Positions 8,244 to 16,903 of a DNA stretch of 41,171 nucleotides are shown here, in pieces; position 1 is the stretch's first letter, and each line of letters opens with the position of its first letter. Under the pieces are notes generated by a model. It was given only the letters and a program-made list of their open reading frames with translations. It was not told where the DNA came from and ran no database searches. The DNA comes from an uncultured Prevotella sp. GTDB taxonomy: Bacteria > Bacteroidota > Bacteroidia > Bacteroidales > Bacteroidaceae. Where the stretch lies: positions 1 through 41,171 of the forward strand of contig CAUVFB010000001.1 in the NCBI GenBank assembly GCA_963551095.1. The letters are read 5' to 3'. A program made the position numbers and the translations under genes.

Positions 8244-9224
8244 CTACTTCTTCCGCTCAATCACGTAATCAAGATAAGTTGCCAACGAATGGCGTATTAT
8301 CTCGTCTGCTACTTTCTCCTGAATAAACGCCTTTGCTTTGTCTCGATACTCATACATCCGCCTCGTAGCGTATTCCACACCGCCATTCTCCTTGGCAAAG
8401 GCCACTAAACGGACGATTTCATCCGACGAAACCTTATGGTTCTTCACCTTATGTGCCAACGCCAACATCTCTTTATTACCCGTATGATTCAGCGCATAAA
8501 TAATGGGCAACGTCAGCTTACCTTCCACCATATCGTTGCCCGTAGGCTTTCCGGTCTCCTTCTCGGAATCGTAATAATCGAAAATGTCGTCCCGAATTTG
8601 GAAGATAACGCCCAAGTTATGACCGAAAAGCCTCGCCGCCTCTACTTCCGCTGCACAGGCATCTGCCGATTCAGCTCCTATCGCTGCACAGGCAGCAAAG
8701 AGTGCAGCCGTTTTTTGGCTGATAATCTCGTAGTAAGCCTCCTCGCTTATCGCCTCACATTGTATATTAGAGAGTTGCAGAATCTCACCATCGCTCAGCG
8801 TTCTGCCCAGTTCGGCAAGTCGACGGACGATCCTATCCGAATGGGTATAGCCTACATAGAGCAGAGCCGTAGAGAGAATGTAGTCGCCAACAAGCACCGC
8901 CACTTTATTATCAAAAGTCGCATTGACACTCGCCTGCCCTCTTCGCTCTGCACTTTCGTCTACTACGTCGTCATGAACCAGGGATGCCGTATGCAATAAC
9001 TCCATCCCGACAGCAGCGTACTGGGTTATATCGGTAACCTTCCCGAAGTTCTTAGCCATCAGCAGAATCAGTATCGGGCGCATCCGCTTACCTCCACGTT
9101 GGCGAATGTGGTGGAGCACTTGATGCAGAAGTCCATTTTCGTGCTGCAAGGATTCATCAAAGAGTTCGATGAAGCGGTTCAGTTCCGGTACAATCGGTTG
9201 TTTTATAAGCGAGAGAGTATCCAT
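8244..9224 (-). CDS. ispB: Polyprenyl diphosphate synthase (IspB-like)
   Basis: GGKRMRP, HDDVVD...RRG, FQIRDDIFD; start MDTLSLIK at 9224, with TAATTTTG upstream at 9245-9252. Confidence 0.9.
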   Translation of the reverse strand: MDTLSLIKQPIVPELNRFIELFDESLQHENGLLHQVLHHIRQRGGKRMRPILILLMAKNFGKVTDITQYAAVGMELLHTASLVHDDVVDESAERRGQASVNATFDNKVAVLVGDYILSTALLYVGYTHSDRIVRRLAELGRTLSDGEILQLSNIQCEAISEEAYYEIISQKTAALFAACAAIGAESADACAAEVEAARLFGHNLGVIFQIRDDIFDYYDSEKETGKPTGNDMVEGKLTLPIIYALNHTGNKEMLALAHKVKNHKVSSDEIVRLVAFAKENGGVEYATRRMYEYRDKAKAFIQEKVADEIIRHSLATYLDYVIERKK

Positions 9225-9314
9225 TAAGACGATGAAGTTTGATACAAAATTACGCAATATCTCGGAGAGTGTAGAAGAATTTTAGTAAATTTACGCCTTA
9301 AAACAGTAATAATT

Positions 9315-12077
9315 ATGGCAAAACTATTCCTCATAGACGCTTACGCGATTATATTCCGTTCCTACTATGCTTTCATTAAGAATCCTAGAATCAACTCCAA
9401 AGGACAGAATACATCTGCCATTCTTGGCTTTTGCAATACGCTAAATGAGGTGATTACCAAGGAACAGCCTACTCATATCGCCGTTGCTTTCGACCACGGT
9501 AAGACTTTCCGTCACGAAGCATACCCCGATTACAAGGCGCAGCGTGAGGAAACGCCGGAAGATATCAAGGCGGCAGTGCCCGTTATCAAGCAGATTCTTC
9601 AGGCAATGCATATCCCTATCCTTCAGGAAGATGGCTTCGAAGCCGATGATATAATTGGTACTGTAGCCACACGGTCAGGCGAACAAGGTGTGGAGACGTA
9701 TATGCTGACTCCCGACAAGGACTACGGACAACTCATTCGTCCCAACGTGTATATGTATCGTCCGCGGCACGGGGGGGGATACGAAAAGCTGGGTGAGCCG
9801 GAAGTCGAGTCCAAGTATGGCATTCCTACTCCGTTGCAGGTCATCGATCTCTTGGCTCTGATGGGCGACAGTGCCGACAATTTCCCCGGCTGCCCCGGTG
9901 TGGGCGAAAAAACTGCTATCAAACTCATCAACCAGTTCGGTTCGATTGACAATATGCTCGCCCACACTTCCGAGATAAAAGGTAAGTTGCGCCAAAAGGT
10001 GGAGAATGCTACCGCGGATATAAAGATGTCAAAATTCCTGGCGACTATCCGAACCGATGTACCCATTGAGATAGAATTGAAAGAAATGAAGATGGAAGAA
10101 CCCGACGAGGAGAAATTGCGTGCCATCTTCACCGAGTTAGAGTTCCGAACACTTCTGAACAAATTTGTTAAAAGAGCCCAAGAAACACCGAAACGGACAG
10201 AATCACAGCTCGATCTCTTTGCCGTAAATCCGACCGAAGGGCAGGACGATTTAAAAGAAACGAATTATGAGAGCCTTAAAACGGTGTATCACGACTACGA
10301 ACTCGTTGGTAATGAGGAGAGAGCAAGGGAAGTTTGTGATTTTTTCGTTACAAAACAAATTCTCAGTCTAGACACAGAAACCACCTCAACCCACCCCATG
10401 GAGGCCGAATTGGTGGGTTTGAGCTTCTCGGTCGAGCCTCATAAGGCATTTTATGTAGCCCTTCCAGCAGAACGAGAACAAGCCCTAAAGTTCATCAACA
10501 TATTCAAGCCACTCTACGAAAATCCCTATATAGAAAAGGTGGGGCAGAACATTAAGTATGATATTGAGGTTCTGCACAACTACGGGGTGGAGGTTCAGGG
10601 ATCACTTTTCGATACGATGATTGCCCATTACCTCCTTCAACCGGAGCTACGCCATAACATGGACTATCTGGCAGAGACACTTCTCAACTATAAAACCATT
10701 CATATTGACGAACTGATTGGGCAGAAAGGAAAGCGGCAGAAGAATATGCGGGAGCTTGAACCCAGTGCCGTTTACGAGTATGCGTGCGAAGATGCTGACA
10801 TTACCCTACAGCTGAAAGGTGCACTCGAACCCAAGTTGAAGGAAGCAAATGCCGATGAACTCTTCCGCAACATAGAGATGCCGCTCGTCCCCGTACTTGC
10901 CGACATGGAACAAAGCGGCGTTCTTCTCGACACAAAAGCTTTGCAGGAAACCTCGAGAATATTTACGGAGAGAATGAAAGAGTACGAGCGCGCCATCTAT
11001 CAGGAGGCCGGTGAGGCTTTCAATATATCAAGTCCGAAGCAGGTGGGAGACATTCTCTTCGGAAAACTACAAATTATGGAGAAGCCGAAGAAGACACGGA
11101 CTGGACAGTATGTTACCAGCGAGGAGGTGCTGACAAGCCTCAAAGGAAAGCATCCCGTAGTGGATTACATCCTCAAATACAGAGGTATCAAGAAGCTACT
11201 GGGCACTTATATCGATGCACTCCCAAAACTAATCAACAAGCAAACAGGACATATCCACACCTCATTCAATCAGGCTCTCACCGCCACGGGTCGGCTTTCG
11301 TCGAGCGATCCCAACTTGCAGAACATTCCGGTACGCACCGATGATGGCAAGGAGATACGCAAATGCTTTATTCCCGAAGCCGGTTGTCTGTTCTTTTCAG
11401 CGGATTATAGCCAGATAGAACTGCGTATTATGGCACATCTTTCCGAAGACACGAACATGCTGGAAGCCTTCCGTGAGGGCTTCGACATCCATCGTGCGAC
11501 CGCAGCCAAGATATGGCACGAGAAGATGGAAGACGTTTCCGACGCACAAAGGAAGAAAGCCAAACAGGCGAACTTCGGCATTATATACGGCATTACCACC
11601 TTCGGTCTAGCACAACGGATGGAGATTCCCAACAGTGAGGCGCGGAAATTGATAGACGATTACTTCAAGACATTCCCACGAGTAAAGCTGTATATGGAGC
11701 GCGCCAAAGAGGAAGCGCGGCAGAAAGGCTATGCCGAAACTCTCTTCCACCGCCGCCGCTACCTGCCGGACATCAACAGCCACAACGGCACCGTGCGTGG
11801 ATTTGCCGAGCGCAACGCCATCAATGCCCCCATACAAGGCACCGAGGCCGATATAATAAAGGTGGCAATGGTTCGCATTTGGCAACGTTTCAAGGCGGAA
11901 AACATCCGTTCCAAGATGATTCTTCAAGTGCATGACGAGCTTAACTTCTCCGTCTTCCCCGAAGAAAAGGAGCGTGTCGGTCGCATCGTTATTGAGGAAA
12001 TGCAACGCGCCTATCCCCTCAGCATTCCCTTAGTAGCCGATGCCGGATGGGGAAGCAACTGGTTGGAGGCACATTAG
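9315..12077 (+). CDS. polA: DNA polymerase I
   Basis: 5'-3' exonuclease (LIDA, FEADDIIG), 3'-5' exonuclease (DTET, YACEDAD), polymerase motifs ADYSQIELR, TGRLSS, LQVHDEL. Confidence 0.98.
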   Translation: MAKLFLIDAYAIIFRSYYAFIKNPRINSKGQNTSAILGFCNTLNEVITKEQPTHIAVAFDHGKTFRHEAYPDYKAQREETPEDIKAAVPVIKQILQAMHIPILQEDGFEADDIIGTVATRSGEQGVETYMLTPDKDYGQLIRPNVYMYRPRHGGGYEKLGEPEVESKYGIPTPLQVIDLLALMGDSADNFPGCPGVGEKTAIKLINQFGSIDNMLAHTSEIKGKLRQKVENATADIKMSKFLATIRTDVPIEIELKEMKMEEPDEEKLRAIFTELEFRTLLNKFVKRAQETPKRTESQLDLFAVNPTEGQDDLKETNYESLKTVYHDYELVGNEERAREVCDFFVTKQILSLDTETTSTHPMEAELVGLSFSVEPHKAFYVALPAEREQALKFINIFKPLYENPYIEKVGQNIKYDIEVLHNYGVEVQGSLFDTMIAHYLLQPELRHNMDYLAETLLNYKTIHIDELIGQKGKRQKNMRELEPSAVYEYACEDADITLQLKGALEPKLKEANADELFRNIEMPLVPVLADMEQSGVLLDTKALQETSRIFTERMKEYERAIYQEAGEAFNISSPKQVGDILFGKLQIMEKPKKTRTGQYVTSEEVLTSLKGKHPVVDYILKYRGIKKLLGTYIDALPKLINKQTGHIHTSFNQALTATGRLSSSDPNLQNIPVRTDDGKEIRKCFIPEAGCLFFSADYSQIELRIMAHLSEDTNMLEAFREGFDIHRATAAKIWHEKMEDVSDAQRKKAKQANFGIIYGITTFGLAQRMEIPNSEARKLIDDYFKTFPRVKLYMERAKEEARQKGYAETLFHRRRYLPDINSHNGTVRGFAERNAINAPIQGTEADIIKVAMVRIWQRFKAENIRSKMILQVHDELNFSVFPEEKERVGRIVIEEMQRAYPLSIPLVADAGWGSNWLEAH

Positions 12078-12234
12078 ATCCTCCCCAACCACCGGTCTTC
12101 CCCACAATGACTGCACGAAAAACACCTCCCACCCATCTTATTCCTCATCCGCCTTCGGTTGATTTCCGAGAGTTCCGGAAACTGTCTCCGGCACTTTTAT
12201 CTGCCGAAAACTTTGCCATTTCGTTTTTTAAGGC

Positions 12235-12242
12235 TACCTTTG
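12235..12242 (+). promoter_or_regulatory. -7 promoter element of greA
   Basis: TACCTTTG about 125 nt upstream of the greA ATG. Confidence 0.65.
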
Positions 12243-12276
12243 CAGGCAGTTAGAATAAAAACAAGGAACAGAAAGT

Positions 12277-12320
12277 ATGGAATTCCGACACGGTAAGCAA
12301 TGTCGGGATTCTATCTTTTT
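12277..12320 (+). terminator. Terminator-like hairpin within the greA leader
   Basis: ATGGAATTCCGACA-N10-TGTCGGGATTCTAT (14 bp, two G-U pairs) followed by CTTTTT. Confidence 0.65.
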
Positions 12321-12365
12321 ATATCCGCTGAAAAACGTATCAACTAAAATAAAAGAATCAAAAGT

Positions 12366-12836
12366 ATGTCTTACATGTCACAAGAAGGCTATGAAAACCT
12401 CGTAGCCGAACTGAAACATTTGGAGTCGATAGAACGTCCGAAGGCATCGGCGGCCATTGCCGAGGCAGCAGACAAAGGCGACTTAAGCGAAAACTCCGAG
12501 TATGATGCTGCCAAGGAGGCACAGAACCACCTGGAAGCCAAGATCAACAACATCAAACTGACCCTTGCACAGGCGAAGATAGTAGATGTTTCGCGCCTCA
12601 GTTCCGAGGTGGTGCAGATTCTAAGTACGGTGGAAATGACCAACATGACCACCAAGGCAAAGATGAAATACACCATCGTCAGCGAGACCGAAGCCAACCT
12701 GAAGCAGGGAAAGATATCCATCAAGACTCCCATCGCTCAGGGACTGCTCAACAAGAAGGTAGGCGACATAGTCGAGATTACCATCCCGCGCGGCACCATC
12801 AAGCTGCGAATTGACAGCATTTCCATCAACGTATAA
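12366..12836 (+). CDS. greA: Transcription elongation factor GreA
   Basis: GDLSENSEYDAAKE, ISIKTPIAQGLL. Confidence 0.97.
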   Translation: MSYMSQEGYENLVAELKHLESIERPKASAAIAEAADKGDLSENSEYDAAKEAQNHLEAKINNIKLTLAQAKIVDVSRLSSEVVQILSTVEMTNMTTKAKMKYTIVSETEANLKQGKISIKTPIAQGLLNKKVGDIVEITIPRGTIKLRIDSISINV

Positions 12837-12863
12837 ACTTAAAACCACCCGGGAGGAACAACC

Positions 12864-13259
12864 ATGACAATATTCTCAAAGATTGCAGCCGGCGAGATTC
12901 CCAGCTACAAGTGCGCCGAAAGCGACAAGTTCTATGCTTTCCTCGACATCAATCCCGTAGGCAAGGCACACACACTGGTCATTCCCCGTCGCGAAGTCGA
13001 TTATATCTTTGATATGGAAGACGACGAGTTGGCAGAGTTTCAGGTGTTTGCCAAGAAGGTGGCACGCGCTATAAAGACTGCATTTCCCTGCAAGAAAGTG
13101 GCACAAATCGTCCTCGGGCTGGAGGTCAACCATGCCCACATCCACCTCATCCCCATCAACAGTGAAGCCGATGCCGACTTCCACAAGCACGTAAAGATAA
13201 GCGACGACGAGCAGAAAGCAATTGCCGCCAGGATTTTCGAGGCTTTCCAAAGTCTTTAA
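12864..13259 (+). CDS. HIT family protein
   Basis: AFLDINP, HTLVIP, histidine triad HAHIH. Confidence 0.95.
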   Translation: MTIFSKIAAGEIPSYKCAESDKFYAFLDINPVGKAHTLVIPRREVDYIFDMEDDELAEFQVFAKKVARAIKTAFPCKKVAQIVLGLEVNHAHIHLIPINSEADADFHKHVKISDDEQKAIAARIFEAFQSL

Positions 13260-13362
13260 GCCAGCTCTGTCCGACTGCATCCGCGGATGCTACAGACAGG
13301 AAATATCAACCCCGTATCTCGAAGATTCCGCCTGAACTTGCAGACGGATAATGTTTAAGACG

Positions 13363-15183
13363 ATGAAGATAGAAGAAAAGATAGCCACGGCAGCCCTTGC
13401 TGCCATCAAGACGCTGTACGGTGCGGAAGTGCCGGCGCAGACAATACAGTTGCAGAAAACCCGTTCCGGCTTCGAGGGGAATCTCACGCTCGTCGTGTTT
13501 CCACTGCTGAAGGTCTCCCGCAAGAAGCCCGAAGAGACGGCGCAGGAGATTGGTGAGTATCTGAAGAGGAACTGCAAGGCCGTCGCCGGCTACAACGTTG
13601 TGAAGGGATTCCTCAACCTCGTTATCGCGCAGGCGGCATGGGCTGAACTGCTCAACAGCATCGACGCCGACGAGAAGTTCGGCGAACGGCAGGCAACCTC
13701 CGACAGTCCGCTCATTATGATAGAGTATTCGTCGCCGAATACGAACAAGCCGCTCCACCTGGGACACGTGCGCAACAACCTCCTGGGCTGGTCGCTGGCA
13801 CAGATTATGGCTGCCAACGGCAACCGGGTCGTCAAGACGAACATTGTCAACGACCGCGGAATACACATCTGCAAGTCGATGCTTGCCTGGCAGAAGTGGG
13901 GCAACGGCATCACGCCCGAGCAGGCCGGCAAGAAGGGCGACCATCTGATCGGCGACTTCTACGTGGCTTTCGACAAGCATTACAAGGAAGAATGCAAAGC
14001 GTTGCAGGCACAATACGAGAGCGAAGGCTTACCTGCCGACGAGGCCAAGGCTAAGGCCGAACAGGAGGCACCGCTGATCAAGGAAGCCCACGAGATGCTG
14101 GTGAAGTGGGAACAAGGCGACCCCGAGGTGCGCGCGCTGTGGGAGAGGATGAACAGCTGGGTGTATGCCGGCTTCGACGAGACGTATAAGGCACTCGGCG
14201 TTGGCTTCGACAAGATCTATTACGAGAGCAATACCTATCTCGCGGGAAAGAAGAAGGTCGAGGAAGGGCTGAAGAAAGGGCTTTTCATCCGAAAGGCCGA
14301 CAACTCGGTATGGGCCGACCTGACCGACGAGGGGCTTGACCAGAAGCTGCTTCTGCGCAAGGACGGAACGTCGGTCTATATGACGCAGGACATCGGAACG
14401 GCCGAGATGCGCTTTGCCGACTATCCCATCGAGAAGATGATCTACGTCGTCGGCAATGAGCAGAACTACCATTTCCAGGTACTTTCCATCCTCCTCGACC
14501 GCCTCGGATTCAAGTGGGGAAAGGATCTTGTACACTTCTCCTACGGCATGGTAGAGCTTCCCAACGGAAAGATGAAGAGCCGCGAGGGGACTGTCGTGGA
14601 TGCCGACGAACTCATTGCCTCGATGATTGAGAACGCCAAGCGTCTCAGCGAAGACAAGGTGAACAAGCTCGAGGGCATCACCGACGAGGAGAAGAACGAG
14701 ATTGCCCGCATCGTCGGCTTAGGCGCCCTGAAGTATTTCATCCTCAAGGTAGATGCCCGCAAGAACATGCTCTTCAACCCCGAGGAGTCGATCGACTTCA
14801 ACGGCAACACGGGACCGTTCATCCAGTACACCTACGCCCGCATCCGAAGCATTCTCCGCAAGGCTGCCGCACAGAACATCACGCTGCCGGCATCGCTGGC
14901 TGACGATGCACCGCTCAACGAAAAGGAAATCGTTCTCATTCAGAAGCTGAACGATTTCAGCGCAGCCGTCGCACAGGCCGGCATCGACTACAGCCCGAGC
15001 GGCATCGCCAACTACTGCTACGAGCTGACCAAGGAGTTCAACCAGTTCTACCACGACTACAGCATCCTCAATGCCGACACCGAGGCCGAACGGACTGTCC
15101 GACTCGTCATCGCCCGAAACGTAGCCAAGGTCATCAGAAACGGCATGGCGCTGCTGGGCATCGAAGTGCCGGAGAGGATGTAG
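13363..15183 (+). CDS. argS: Arginine--tRNA ligase
   Basis: EYSSPNTNKPLHLGH, KMKSREG, GNTGPFIQY, terminal PERM; the start could be ATG 13351. Confidence 0.97.
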   Translation: MKIEEKIATAALAAIKTLYGAEVPAQTIQLQKTRSGFEGNLTLVVFPLLKVSRKKPEETAQEIGEYLKRNCKAVAGYNVVKGFLNLVIAQAAWAELLNSIDADEKFGERQATSDSPLIMIEYSSPNTNKPLHLGHVRNNLLGWSLAQIMAANGNRVVKTNIVNDRGIHICKSMLAWQKWGNGITPEQAGKKGDHLIGDFYVAFDKHYKEECKALQAQYESEGLPADEAKAKAEQEAPLIKEAHEMLVKWEQGDPEVRALWERMNSWVYAGFDETYKALGVGFDKIYYESNTYLAGKKKVEEGLKKGLFIRKADNSVWADLTDEGLDQKLLLRKDGTSVYMTQDIGTAEMRFADYPIEKMIYVVGNEQNYHFQVLSILLDRLGFKWGKDLVHFSYGMVELPNGKMKSREGTVVDADELIASMIENAKRLSEDKVNKLEGITDEEKNEIARIVGLGALKYFILKVDARKNMLFNPEESIDFNGNTGPFIQYTYARIRSILRKAAAQNITLPASLADDAPLNEKEIVLIQKLNDFSAAVAQAGIDYSPSGIANYCYELTKEFNQFYHDYSILNADTEAERTVRLVIARNVAKVIRNGMALLGIEVPERM

Positions 15184-15218
15184 CACAGCCCCACTCCTGA
15201 GAAATCAAAGCAACCATT

Positions 15219-15692
15219 ATGGCAACCCATACACACAGAAACGCGGCGCGACAGCAGCCCGCCGAGGCTTCCCCCATTTCGGAGGAACAGAGAAGGACGG
15301 CATGGGCAGTCGACGCGGCCTGCTCGGGCAATCCCGGGCCGATGGAATACCGGTGTGTCGACCTGCAGACGGGGCAGCAGGTATTCCATTTCGGCCCCGT
15401 GCAGGGCACCAACAACATCGGCGAATTCCTCGCCATCGTCCACGCCCTGGCGCTGCTCGACAGCCGCGGCATCACAGACAAGATCGTCTACAGCGACTCC
15501 TACAACGCCATCCTGTGGGTCAGCAAAAAGCGCTGCAAGACCACCCTCGCGCGGAACCCGCAGACCGAACCGCTCTACCAAATCATTGCGCGCGCCGAAC
15601 AATGGCTGAAGACACACCGCGTAACGACTCCCGTCCTGAAATGGGACACCCGCCAATGGGGCGAAATCCCTGCCGACTTCGGTCGGAAGTGA
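15219..15692 (+). CDS. rnhA: Ribonuclease HI, catalytic domain only
   Basis: AVDAACSGNPG, TNNIGEFLA, YSDS, WGEIPADFGRK. Confidence 0.88.
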   Translation: MATHTHRNAARQQPAEASPISEEQRRTAWAVDAACSGNPGPMEYRCVDLQTGQQVFHFGPVQGTNNIGEFLAIVHALALLDSRGITDKIVYSDSYNAILWVSKKRCKTTLARNPQTEPLYQIIARAEQWLKTHRVTTPVLKWDTRQWGEIPADFGRK

Positions 15693-15706
15693 ACGCCACC
15701 ACCACC

Positions 15707-15791
15707 GAAACGCACAGCTCGTGCGGCCACTTTCCCCCCAATGCTTTCCGGCTCCGGGGAGAGAAACCGGGCCGCACGGGCTGTGCGTTTC
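15707..15791. terminator. Long GC-rich hairpin after rnhA
   Basis: GAAACGCACAGCTCGTGCGGCC (15707-15728) pairs with GGCCGCACGGGCTGTGCGTTTC (15770-15791), one G-U pair. Confidence 0.65.
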
Positions 15792-15890
15792 TGCGTGAGA
15801 GAGCTGCTTCCTCTACGACGCTTGTCGTTCCTCCTTAAGGACTAAAACGTTTTATCCACCTGTCCGCTTGCGTTTCCCAAAGGATTCCAT

Positions 15891-15898
15891 TACCTTTG
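15891..15898 (+). promoter_or_regulatory. -7 promoter element for the HU-like gene
   Basis: TACCTTTG immediately upstream of the 22-bp repeats. Confidence 0.6.
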
Positions 15899-15914
15899 TA
15901 CCCAGCCCGGCAGT

Positions 15915-15980
15915 TGTCCCAGTACACAGAGACAATTGTCCCAGTACACAGAGACAAACGTCCCAGTGTACAGAGACAAC
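15915..15980. repeat. 22-bp tandem repeat x3
   Basis: TGTCCCAGTACACAGAGACAAT / TGTCCCAGTACACAGAGACAAA / CGTCCCAGTGTACAGAGACAAC; units have TGTC...GACA dyad symmetry. Confidence 0.95.
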
Positions 15981-16187
15981 TGCCCGAAGCCCATCCCGAC
16001 GATAGCAGAAGCACTGGAAAGCCTCATCCCCTCTAAGAGGAACGGACGCTGCCCCTTAAGGTTCAGGACGCACGCCGTTCAAGGCGGAAAACAACCGCGC
16101 ACAGGCCGCAGGCAGGATAAGCCGCAAACGGCCGCGCGCCACTGCATCGGACAGCCGGAGAAAACCAATCATTAAACAGAAACAGAT

Positions 16188-16790
16188 ATGAGCGTAATGT
16201 ACAAATTAATCGAGAATCACGGGAAGCTGCCAGGTGCTCCCGAGTACAGAATTGTAACCATCGACTTTCAGACCGTAGGACTCGACCACATCGGGCAGCG
16301 CATACAGAACGACACCGCGCTCACGCGAGCCGACGTCATCGGAGCCATCGCCGCCCTGAGAGACGTCATGGCAGAGGAACTGATGAAAGGAAGTTGCATT
16401 CATCTGCCCGGCATCGGATACTTCTCGATAGCCGCCACGGGCGACATCTACGAAGATCCGCGCAGCCACCACCGAAGACTGCGCAATGCCAGCGTGCGCA
16501 CCGTCAGATTCCGTCCCGATGCCGAAATGATGTGGACACTCCGCAACACCCACTTCGAAAACATGACCTACCGATTCGGCCGCACCTCCGTCCCGACAGC
16601 CGCCGGCATCGATGCCGCCATCGACAAGCTGACTGCCGACCGCCGACCCTTCACCGTCGAAGACCTGCGCCGACAGCTCGGCCTCTCGCGGACAAACGCC
16701 TACCGCATCGCCACACGCCTCGAAACCGAAGGCAAGATACACAACGTCGGCACACCGCGGCGGAAACTCTACGAGCGTCAGGACGGATAA
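16188..16790 (+). CDS. Bacteroidota HU/histone-like DNA-binding protein with C-terminal winged HTH
   Basis: [14 protein letters not shown]...[17 protein letters not shown]...VRFRP (HU-like fold) plus [30 protein letters not shown] (wHTH). Confidence 0.8.
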   Translation: MSVMYKLIENHGKLPGAPEYRIVTIDFQTVGLDHIGQRIQNDTALTRADVIGAIAALRDVMAEELMKGSCIHLPGIGYFSIAATGDIYEDPRSHHRRLRNASVRTVRFRPDAEMMWTLRNTHFENMTYRFGRTSVPTAAGIDAAIDKLTADRRPFTVEDLRRQLGLSRTNAYRIATRLETEGKIHNVGTPRRKLYERQDG

Positions 16791-16903
16791 CAGGCGCGCT
16801 TGACCTCAGTTATCAAAGCCGCCCGGACGGGCAAATTACCCGGTCCGCCCGGCAGCGATACGGAAAGATTTCGTACTTTTGCAGCAAACAATCACACACA
16901 GAA

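Noticed and set aside
9771..9778. G8 tract in polA as a phase-variation site
   Set aside because: Encodes HGGGY in frame in a core gene; too short to support the claim
13260..13362. T-box or riboswitch upstream of argS (likewise leuS)
   Set aside because: Leaders are short, with only small hairpins and no T-box consensus
16394..16903. 170-aa N-terminal extension of LeuS in the ORF track
   Set aside because: Overlaps the HU-like gene out of frame; a promoter element and a typical LeuS start lie at 16874-16906
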